Shown piece after piece: positions 56,129 to 64,000 of a stretch of 64,000 nt of DNA. The notes below the pieces were generated by a model. The model worked only from the letters and a program-made list of their open reading frames with translations, had not been told where the DNA came from and did not search any database. The translations under genes and the position numbers were made by a program. The DNA comes from an uncultured Planctomycetaceae bacterium (GTDB taxonomy: Bacteria > Planctomycetota > Planctomycetia > Pirellulales > PALSA-1355), in the NCBI GenBank assembly GCA_963785305.1, contig CAWAUV010000002.1:192001-256000 (forward strand), given 5' to 3'. Each line of letters begins with the position of its first letter. Positions within the stretch are counted from its first letter, which is position 1.

Positions 56129-57181
56129 ACATAACTCGGCTTTTCCGTGAGCTCGCGAAAGGGCGCGATGCGGTCGCGATTGTCGTCGGCGTATTCGCAG
56201 TCCTGATCGAAGAAAATAATCCGGCTTCCGGTCGACTCGAATTTGAACGGCACATGAATCAATCGCTCGAGTCGAGTTCGCACGGCCGCTTGGCGTTCGG
56301 GCGGCACGAACAGCAGGATGAATCCGCCCCCACCCGCGCCGAGCAGCTTGCCGCCAATCGCGCCGGCGGCCAGTGCCTCTTCATAAATCCCGTCGACCGA
56401 GTCGTTCGACACGCTGGCGCTGAGCTGCCGCTTGGCGACCCAGGCTTCGTGCAAAAGTTGGCCAAAGGCGGCCAAGGGCTCGCTACCCGAGAGAACCGAC
56501 ATTCCCTCATCGACCAGATCGGTCATGATCCGCATTTGGCGACGACTTGGTTCGAGGTCTCGGGCAAATTCGCCCGCCACGTCGTTGGCGGTGCGTTTGA
56601 TGCCGGTGAAGAACAGCATCAGGCTGGCGTTGAGCTCCGCGATTCGTTCCCGGGGAAGAATCACCGGGTGGACGACGATTTCGCCATTCGGGAGAAATCG
56701 AATCAGATTGAATCCGCCATGAGCGGCAAGTGTTTGATCTTGCGAACCGACCGCCTCGCGCAGCACGGTTTGCTCGATATGCAGCGCCTCGTCGACCAAC
56801 TGCTGCTTGCCGACCATGCGCCCTTCGAGCGCGTGCAATCCATTGAGCAGACCGACGGTAAACGACGAGCTCGAGCCGATGCCGCTGCGCGGGCAGGTCG
56901 GCGTCGTGATGAATCTCCATGCCGTGGCGAACTTGCAAATAACGCAGCGATTCGCGCACCGAGGGATGCTGAATTTCGTCGATCGTTTGTCGGTTTTCCA
57001 TCTTCGAATACACCACCCGATAGCGATGCTCGAAGAAGGGCGGCAAGCGGCGAAGCGAGATATAGCAATATTTGTCGATGGTCGTGGCCAGCACCATGCC
57101 GCCATGCTTGCGATACCAGGCCGGATAATCGGTTCCCCCGCCGAGAAACGAGATGCGAAAGGGAGTGCGGCTGATGATCAT
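56125..57181 (-). CDS. hddA: D-glycero-alpha-D-manno-heptose-7-phosphate kinase (GHMP kinase; frameshift near 56890)
   Basis: MIISRTPFRISFLGGGTDYP, ADLP..SGIGSSSSFTVGL, GSQDQ, GGKLLGAGGGGF. Confidence 0.85.
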
Positions 57182-57242
57182 GGCCCGTTAGCCTCGCGTT
57201 CGTGAATCCAATAAAATGAATCGAGCGCCGCGGAGCCCTTCG

Positions 57243-57806
57243 TTAGCCGCGCTCCGCGGCGGCGCCCAAGAGGCTCTCCACGACCCGAGCGGCTTGCGAC
57301 AGGTCGTCGACCGTGTAATCCGCCAGCGCATACCCGGCGGCGGCCAGTTCGACGCCGTAGCCGGTTCGCACCAGAAACGTGGTCGCGTCAGCCGCTCGCC
57401 CGAGCTCCACATCGCATGCCTTATCCCCCATGATAAAGCACTCGGCCGGCGCGAACCGGTGTTCGGCGGCGGCGCGCAGCAGCAACCCGGTCGAGGGCTT
57501 GCGGCACGCGCAGCCATCGTCGGGCAGATGGGGGCAAACATAAATTCCGTCGAGCGAAACCCCCTCGGCGGCGAGCATCTCGCTCATCCGATGGTGGATC
57601 GACTCCAAACACGCCGTGTCGAAATAACCGCGGGCCAAGCCCGATTGATTCGTCACCACGATCAATCCCAGGCCAAGCTCCGCGAGAGTTCGCATTCCAA
57701 CCGCCGCGCCGGGCAGCAATTCGACCTGTTCCGGATCGGCCAGATACACACGTTCGCGAATGATGGTTCCGTCGCGATCAAGCACCGCAAACCGCCGCGA
57801 ACCCAT
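57243..57806 (-). CDS. gmhB: Heptose 1,7-bisphosphate phosphatase (HAD IIIA)
   Basis: LDRDGT, VTNQSG, CPH...CACRKP, GDKACD. Confidence 0.9.
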   Translation of the reverse strand: MGSRRFAVLDRDGTIIRERVYLADPEQVELLPGAAVGMRTLAELGLGLIVVTNQSGLARGYFDTACLESIHHRMSEMLAAEGVSLDGIYVCPHLPDDGCACRKPSTGLLLRAAAEHRFAPAECFIMGDKACDVELGRAADATTFLVRTGYGVELAAAGYALADYTVDDLSQAARVVESLLGAAAERG

Positions 57807-58555
57807 CAGTCCGAGCTCCTCGAGAAAAACTCGGCCGCCGCGGCGTACGATTCCGGGGTGCCGATATCGATGAAGCGTCCCTGGCCTCGGTGGCCGAACA
57901 GACCGCGGCCGATCCAGGCCGGAAACACCTCTCTTTCCAATGATACCTCTCGATGTGGTGAAATGGAATCGAGCAGGTCGCGACCGAGCACATAAACCCC
58001 CGCATTGATCCAGCCGGGCTCCTCGCGTTCGGATTTTTCCGCAAATTCGAGCACCCGGCCCGTGTCGTCGAGCCGCACCCGTCCATAGCGACGTGCGTCG
58101 TCGACATGTGCCAGCAGTAGCGTGCCAGCGGCCCCATGAGCCCGATGCCAGGCCACCAACTCGGCAAGATCGGCGTCAACCGCCGAATCGCCATTGATCA
58201 CCAGCACCGGGTCCGACGGTATTTTAGGCGCCGCCAATCGCAACGCGCCGCCGGTGCCCAAGGGCTGTGTCTCGCGCGAATAAATCAAGCGCAGGCCCTG
58301 GTAGCTGGCGCCGAAAGCATTCTCGATCTGCTCCGCGCGGTAGCCGGTGCAGAGCGCCACGTCGACAATCCCCGCCGCCGCGAGCCGATCCAGCAGCCAA
58401 GCCAAGAACGGCCGGCCGCCGATCTCGGCCAGCGCCTTCGGCCGATCGGAGACCGCCGATTGAAGTCGAGTTCCCTTGCCGCCGGCAAGAATCGCGGCGG
58501 TGATGTTCTTCAATTCGCTCGGCGGCGGCAGGATCGTTGGCATAAGGCGCGGCAT
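57806..58555 (-). CDS. hddC: Heptose-1-phosphate guanylyltransferase-like nucleotidyltransferase (HddC/WcbM)
   Basis: ILAGGKGTRL, DRPKALA, PLGTGGAL, NGDS, INAGVY, FIDIGTPESY; co-located with gmhB and hddA. Confidence 0.82.
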   Translation of the reverse strand: MPRLMPTILPPPSELKNITAAILAGGKGTRLQSAVSDRPKALAEIGGRPFLAWLLDRLAAAGIVDVALCTGYRAEQIENAFGASYQGLRLIYSRETQPLGTGGALRLAAPKIPSDPVLVINGDSAVDADLAELVAWHRAHGAAGTLLLAHVDDARRYGRVRLDDTGRVLEFAEKSEREEPGWINAGVYVLGRDLLDSISPHREVSLEREVFPAWIGRGLFGHRGQGRFIDIGTPESYAAAAEFFSRSSD

Positions 58556-58721
58556 TCCTATCCTCGAATTGTCTAAAAGTCCGCGAGCATCACGCGCCAG
58601 ACGGCGAGCCGTCCCTATTCGCCCGAGAATCGCGGCGATAAAATAATGCGGCGCCGCGGCGAGACACCCGCTTCGATCGCACTTATCATAACAACGTTCA
58701 CGCATCGCCGGAATCAATGCC

Positions 58722-59541
58722 ATGGGCTCGTTCTTCGTCCATTTGTTGCCGCGACATGTCGAAGAATCGGTCCTCGCCGACAGCGTGGCGGTGGTGGTCG
58801 ATGTGCTGCGGGCCACGACCACCATGAGCCACGCGCTCGCCAATGGCGCCCGCGATGTGTGGCCATGTTTGGAAGTCGACGACGCGCTCGCCATTGCCGC
58901 GGCCCTGCCAAGCGAAACACGCCTACTGGGCGGCGAACGCGGCGGCGCCCGGATCGATGGATTCGATTTCGGCAATTCACCCGGCGATTACACCCCCGAG
59001 CGCGTCGCGGGGCGGACCGTGGTCTTCACCACCACGAACGGCACTCGGGCGCTCTTGCATTGCCGCTCGGCGGCGCGCGTCGCCCTGGGGGCGTTCGTGA
59101 ATTTGCAGCGCGCTCTGCCGCGAGTTGGCGCCGATTGTCGGCCGGGAGGGAGGCGTCGTGCATATCGTGTGCGCCGGAACCGGCGGCGAAGTTTCTTATG
59201 AAGACACCTTGTTTGCCGGCGCCCTGGCCGACCGACTCCTGCCGTTGGCGGTCGAGGCCAATGATTCGGCCCAACTGGCCGCGGCGGCTTGGCGGGGAAG
59301 TTTCGCGGATTCGGTCCGGTGGCAGACACCCGCCGATTTGCCGCCGGCGATCGTGGCGGCCGACCGGCAGTCGCTCGCGGCGCTCTTGCGCGAGGGACGC
59401 GGTGGACGGAACTGCCTTCGTCTCGGGCTCGACCTGGATATCGACCAGACCGCGGCGATCAACGCGCTTGATGTCGTTCCCGAATTCCTTGCTTCGACGG
59501 GTCGGGTTACCCTGCCCACGAGGCGGGCGGCCGGCCCTTGA
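58722..59541 (+). CDS. comB: 2-phosphosulfolactate phosphatase family (frameshift near 59110-59150)
   Basis: VVDVLRATTT, GERGG..IDGFDFGNSP, TTTNGT, CAG....SYEDTLFAG. Confidence 0.88.
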
Positions 59542-59641
59542 GCAGGCGGTGGCGACCCTCGGGATTTTGGCGCCCTGATTTCCGTGGACCGCGCCGGCGG
59601 TTAAGATATTAGTGCTCTGCCACGGCTCAAAACGGGGGCGC

Positions 59642-59669
59642 CATTTCCACGCAAGCGTGGGCATGGCGC
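59642..59669. repeat. Degenerate dispersed REP copy
   Basis: CATTTCCACGCAAGCGTGGGCATGGCGC versus CATGCCCACGCAAGCGTGGGCATGGCAC; intergenic. Confidence 0.75.
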
Positions 59670-59826
59670 ACGATCCCTGAATTATGCGTTGACACTGCAC
59701 TAGGCTTGCTTCGCGAAGGTCGGGCCGATCTCGAGTTCGAGGATCGTCGCCAGGCTTGTGCGATTTGTCCCGTCGCGTTCACCACTCTTCTCTTCTTTGC
59801 CCACGACCCGCGCGGAGGTTGATCGA

Positions 59827-60936
59827 ATGAAACGCATCGTTAGATGTTCGCTCGTGGCCGTGATGTTGTTCACGGCCTGGGACTTCTCGAGCCCGGCATT
59901 TGGGCAAAAGCGGATCGTGCGTGGTCGGGCGGGCATGGCCGCGCCGCCAAGCAAGGAATCGAGCGCTCCCGACGACACGGAAATGGAGCAGGCCGAGCCG
60001 GCCAGCGACCCGGTCGATCCGGACATCGTGCGGCTGCATTTGATGGACGGCTCGATGATCACCGGCAAGCTCTCGATCGCCGAGCTTCAAGTCGAGACTC
60101 CCTACGGCACGCTCACCACGCCGGTGCGGCAACTCCGCAGCTTCACGCCGGGCCTGATCAATCACCCGGACCTCGGCAAGCAAATCCACGACCTGATCGA
60201 AGCGCTGGGATCGAATCAATTCGAGACGCGCGAAAAGGCGCAGCGCGCGCTGCTCAAGATCGGCAAGCCGCTGCGTGTCGAATTGGAAAAACGATTGCAC
60301 GATCCGGACCACGAGCGGCGCACCCGCATCAAGGGCATTCTCGATGAATTCGACGAAGACACCGACGACGACTCCGAGGAATCCGCCGGCGCGACGCAAA
60401 CGATCATGGAGCGCGATCAGGTCGAGACCTCGGAATTCACGATCGTCGGCCGCATTCTCACGCCCACGTTGAGCATCACCAGCAACTATGGCCCGCTCAC
60501 GGTCAAGATCAGCGATGTGCGTCGCGGCGAGCGAGACGCGCCACGGCGGTCTGAAATCCGCCGCACGATCGGCGTCGATGGCTCATGTATCGTGAGCAAA
60601 CTGATGAAAGACACGCGCATTCACCTCGAGCGCGGCGATCGGGTCACGATCACGGCCGAGGGTTCGATAATCATGGCGCCCTGGGGCAATGGCGCCACCT
60701 GTGGACCCGATGGCGCCGGCAACTACGGCTGGTACATCCAGGGTCAGATTCCGAGCGGAGCGCTCGTGGGCGTGATCGGCCGTGGCGACAGTGTATTCAA
60801 GCTCGGCTCGAAAGCATCGTTTACCGCGGAGCGAAGCGGAGTCTTGCGGCTGGCCATCGCCATGCAAAGCGACTACGCCGAGCAGAATTTCCCCGGCCGC
60901 TATACGGTGAAGATACGGGTCGAGCCACGACGGTAA
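59827..60936 (+). CDS. Secreted hypothetical protein with a HEAT-like segment and a C-terminal PA-IL/LecA-like beta-sandwich
   Basis: Signal peptide; LGSNQFETREKAQRAL; DTRIHLERGDRVTITAEG...GALVGVIG...SGVLRLAI...GRYTVKI. Confidence 0.65.
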   Translation: MKRIVRCSLVAVMLFTAWDFSSPAFGQKRIVRGRAGMAAPPSKESSAPDDTEMEQAEPASDPVDPDIVRLHLMDGSMITGKLSIAELQVETPYGTLTTPVRQLRSFTPGLINHPDLGKQIHDLIEALGSNQFETREKAQRALLKIGKPLRVELEKRLHDPDHERRTRIKGILDEFDEDTDDDSEESAGATQTIMERDQVETSEFTIVGRILTPTLSITSNYGPLTVKISDVRRGERDAPRRSEIRRTIGVDGSCIVSKLMKDTRIHLERGDRVTITAEGSIIMAPWGNGATCGPDGAGNYGWYIQGQIPSGALVGVIGRGDSVFKLGSKASFTAERSGVLRLAIAMQSDYAEQNFPGRYTVKIRVEPRR

Positions 60937-61031
60937 TGTGCCAAAGATCGAGCGTCGCGGCTCGGCGCCGCTTGGCGGATCGTGGGTCGAACGCGGTCGG
61001 CATCCAATTTTTTTGGGAAGGTTGTTTTCAG

Positions 61032-62060
61032 ATGCGCTGCTGGCAAGGTTTAATTCTCGTTTCGCTCGCTTGGTTCGCTTCCGCCGCGATGTCGGCCTTG
61101 GCCGATGAAACAGCCGACTCCGCTTTCGCCGCGAACAAGCGACTGGGCCGCGGCATCAATCTGGGCAACGCGCTCGATGCGCCTAGCGAAGGCGCCTGGG
61201 GCGTGACGCTCGAAGACGCTTATTTCCAGTGGATCGCAGAAGCCGGCTTCGACTCCGTGCGGCTGCCGGTCAATTGGGCCGCGCATGCCGATAAGGAGCC
61301 GCCTTACACGATCCACTCGACCTTCGCCGCCCGCGTCGATTGGGCGGTTGCCGAGGCCTTAAAGCACAAGCTGGCGGTCGTGGTGAATATCCATCACTAT
61401 GCCGGCATGGACGACGCGCCCGACGAGAATATCGCTCGTTGCGAAGCGCTTTGGAAACAGATCGCCGAGCGCTATTCCAGCCGACCCGACGATGTGATCT
61501 TCGAGCTGCTCAACGAGCCCCACGGCAAGCTCACCGACGAGCGCTGGAACGCGATGATCCCCCGGCTGCTCGCGAACGTGCGGCCTTCGAATCCGCGTCG
61601 GGCCGTGGTCGTGGGCCCTAGCCAATGGAACAGCATCGATCATCTCGCGAAATTGGAGTTGCCCGAGAACGATCGGGCCCTGATCGCCACCGTGCATTAT
61701 TATCTGCCGTTTCATTTCACCCATCAGAACGCGCCCTGGGTGCAAGGCAGTGAAAAATGGACCGATGTTTCTTGGACCGGCGATGCAAAACAGCGCAAGG
61801 CGCTTGCCGACGCCTTTGAGCAAGCCGGTCGCTGGGGCCGGGAACACCGTCGGCCGATCTATCTCGGCGAGTTCGGCGCCTACTCGAAGGCCCCGCTTGA
61901 GCAGCGCGTGCTTTGGACCCGGGCCGTGGTGGATGAAGCGGAAAAACAGGGCATGAGTTGGGCCTATTGGGAGTTCTGCTCGGGCTTCGGCGCTTTTGAT
62001 CCTCAAGCCCGCAAATGGCGGCTGGAATTGCTTGACGAGCTCGTTGGGCCGCGGCGCTGA
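61032..62060 (+). CDS. Glycoside hydrolase family 5 (endoglucanase-like), secreted
   Basis: RGINLGNAL, VRLPV, NIHHY, FELLNEP (acid/base), HYY, YLGEFG (nucleophile), WAYWEF. Confidence 0.93.
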   Translation: MRCWQGLILVSLAWFASAAMSALADETADSAFAANKRLGRGINLGNALDAPSEGAWGVTLEDAYFQWIAEAGFDSVRLPVNWAAHADKEPPYTIHSTFAARVDWAVAEALKHKLAVVVNIHHYAGMDDAPDENIARCEALWKQIAERYSSRPDDVIFELLNEPHGKLTDERWNAMIPRLLANVRPSNPRRAVVVGPSQWNSIDHLAKLELPENDRALIATVHYYLPFHFTHQNAPWVQGSEKWTDVSWTGDAKQRKALADAFEQAGRWGREHRRPIYLGEFGAYSKAPLEQRVLWTRAVVDEAEKQGMSWAYWEFCSGFGAFDPQARKWRLELLDELVGPRR

Positions 62061-62302
62061 ACAATCCGGCGCCGAATAGTCGCTTGTCGACGCTCGGGCC
62101 GCTAATGTCACCCGACTCCGTCGCTCATGAGCTGATCGTTTGGCCGCTTGCCTCCACGATCCGTGGGCCGTACGATGCGTGCGGTCGCGAGATCACGCGT
62201 TGCCATGTCAACGAGCGCGGTTTGCCCGGCGCCGGGTCGTGTCCGTCGCCGGATCGTGGAGCCCGCGACATTCGCCCACTTGTTTGAAAGGATTGCCCAA
62301 TC

Positions 62303-63337
62303 ATGGCGGCCGAATCCAAACATCAGATGTGCGCGGTTCAAGTCCCATCGCCCGGCGGCCCGCTCGAGCTCGTGCATCGCCCCATTCCCCAAGCAGGCCG
62401 CGGACAGGCTTTGCTCAAGGTCGAGGCCTGCGGCATTTGCCATAGCGATTCGCTCACCAAGGAAGGACACATGCCCGGCATTGCATATCCGCGCGTGCCC
62501 GGTCATGAAGTGGTCGGCGTGATCGCGTCGCTGGGCGAAGGCGTGCGACGGTGGAAGGTCGGCCAGCGCGTGGGCGTGGGTTGGCATGGCGGACATTGCG
62601 GATACTGCGAGCGCTGCCGGCGCGGCGATATGGTGCTTTGCCAAGAGAATATCGTGCCCGGCATCGCGTTTGACGGCGGCTATGCCGATTACATGGTGGT
62701 CTCGGCCGAAGCGCTCGCCAGCGTGCCCGACGATCTCTCGAGCGTCGAGGCGGCGCCGCTGCTTTGCGCGGGTATCACGACTTTCAATGCCATTCGCCAG
62801 AGCGACGCGCGGGCGGGCGACCTGGTGGCGGTGCTCGGTATTGGTGGTCTCGGGCACTTGGGAGTGCAGTTCGCCGCCAAAATGGGATTTCGCGTCGTGG
62901 CGATCGCGCGGGGCCAAGACAAGGCCGCGTTCGCCCATGAACTTGGCGCCACGCATTACATCGACAGCCAAGCCGAAGATGTCGCCAAGGCGCTCCAGTC
63001 CCTCGGCGGCGCCAAGCTGATTCTCGCGACCGTCACGAGCAGCGAAGCCATGAGCGCCGCCGTGGGCGGGCTGGGTTACAAGGGCACGATGGTCGTCGTG
63101 GGCGTGTCGCCCGAACCGATCCAGGTCTCGCCGATGTCGCTCATCATGGGCCGCCGCGCCGTGACCGGCTCGGCCAGCGGCGTGGCGATCGAGTCCGAAG
63201 ACACGTTTAACTTCAGCCTGCTGAGCGGGGTGCGGCCGCTCGTCGAACGCTATCCGCTGGAGCGAGCCGCCGAAGCCTACGATCGCATGATGAGCGGTAA
63301 AGCCCGCTTCCGCGTGGTGCTTGAAATGGGCCAGTAG
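62303..63337 (+). CDS. Zn-dependent alcohol dehydrogenase
   Basis: CGICHSD, GHE, CGYCERC...C, LLCAG, GIGGLG, RFRVVL. Confidence 0.95.
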   Translation: MAAESKHQMCAVQVPSPGGPLELVHRPIPQAGRGQALLKVEACGICHSDSLTKEGHMPGIAYPRVPGHEVVGVIASLGEGVRRWKVGQRVGVGWHGGHCGYCERCRRGDMVLCQENIVPGIAFDGGYADYMVVSAEALASVPDDLSSVEAAPLLCAGITTFNAIRQSDARAGDLVAVLGIGGLGHLGVQFAAKMGFRVVAIARGQDKAAFAHELGATHYIDSQAEDVAKALQSLGGAKLILATVTSSEAMSAAVGGLGYKGTMVVVGVSPEPIQVSPMSLIMGRRAVTGSASGVAIESEDTFNFSLLSGVRPLVERYPLERAAEAYDRMMSGKARFRVVLEMGQ

Positions 63338-63599
63338 ACGCCGCGGCGGTAGCCTCCGTGACTTGCGTCATTGCGGCTCGCTGCTCGGAAACCCCATGCG
63401 CGGTCCTGCCGATAAGCATCTCGGTCGGCCTGTCGGGTTGCCCCTCGACGCGCTCCAGGATTTCGCTTCGGGCTACTGGCACTTCGCGCGGGGCTTCGAT
63501 TCCCAGCCGCACTACTCCGCTGCGCGTGGCAAGCACGGTGATCGTGATATTGCCGTTGATGACGAGGGCTTCGCCCTGCTTGCGCGAAAGAATGAGCAT
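63213..63599 (-). CDS. csrA: Carbon storage regulator CsrA-family protein (3' end uncertain; as written it overlaps the ADH gene)
   Basis: MLILSRKQGEALVINGNITITVL...VRLGIEAPREVPVARSEI; RBS GGGAGG. Confidence 0.88.
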   Translation of the reverse strand: MLILSRKQGEALVINGNITITVLATRSGVVRLGIEAPREVPVARSEILERVEGQPDRPTEMLIGRTAHGVSEQRAAMTQVTEATAAASTGPFQAPRGSGLYRSSCDRRLRRLAPADSVRRAAAPRSAG

Positions 63600-64000
63600 G
63601 GTTCTTGGTCCTCCCTGACTGGTTCGTCGCTTCGAAAAACCGCCGCCGCTGGACTGCCGTGTGTTCGTCTCCCTCACGACGCCGGGAATTCTACCGCGAT
63701 ACTATACACCTGTCAACCTAGTCCCAAAGCGATTTTTTTCGCCCGCCTTTGTGACCCGGACGCGTTCCCGCGCATATCTCCCGATTCCGCCATGACCGCG
63801 CGTGAATTTCCGACAAAACCCCTCGAAACCCCCGGGACATTGGACAATCGCGCGGATTCGACGAGAGCCGCGAGAGAGCTGGTAACGACGGGCGGCTCCC
63901 AGCGACAATCCGAGGCGAGGCTTTTGGAATTCAACCGTGCGCGTCGAACACGCGGCGGCGGAGCGAGGGGTTCGGCGCGGGAACGGGGCCGACTCGCCCC

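Noticed and set aside
58722..59541. Coenzyme M biosynthesis pathway
   Set aside because: Only comB is present, and solitary ComB-family phosphatases are widespread in bacteria.

Overview
GC-rich bacterial DNA, very probably a planctomycete (inferred from the DUF1559 prepilin-like gene, the planctomycete-style polysaccharide export proteins and an RxSLRT-like small membrane protein). Single-base frameshifts interrupt many genes, including the essential gatB, so most breaks are read as long-read or MAG assembly indels rather than pseudogenes. Left to right: (1) the 5' part of a REP-associated tyrosine transposase (RAYT, absent from the ORF track) with a 90-bp REP array; (2) an rpmB-gatC-gatA-gatB-SAM hydrolase operon split by an inserted vsr / C5-methyltransferase / Eco29kI-like restriction-modification cassette; (3) an ArnT-like transferase plus a PAP2 phosphatase; (4) an IS3-family element whose left end is duplicated around an AT-rich passenger gene, next to tRNA-Ala(TGC); (5) a His-rich CxxC...RGPP leader followed by DUF1559 and a HEAT lipoprotein; (6) a 22-kb Wzx/Wzy polysaccharide cluster with a near-consensus sigma-54 promoter; (7) the main candidate novel system, a ~10.3-kb PUFA/Hgl-like iterative PKS with the domain order R-SCP2-KS-KS(inactive)-AT-ACP-ACP-C45 Ntn acyltransferase-KR-DH, followed by a Rieske oxygenase, a FabL-like enoyl reductase and a stand-alone condensation-type acyltransferase, and converging on an hddC-gmhB-hddA-GT4 (GDP-heptose) operon; (8) comB, a lectin-like secreted protein, GH5, a Zn alcohol dehydrogenase and csrA. 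All family calls come from motif recognition by eye; no database searches were run.
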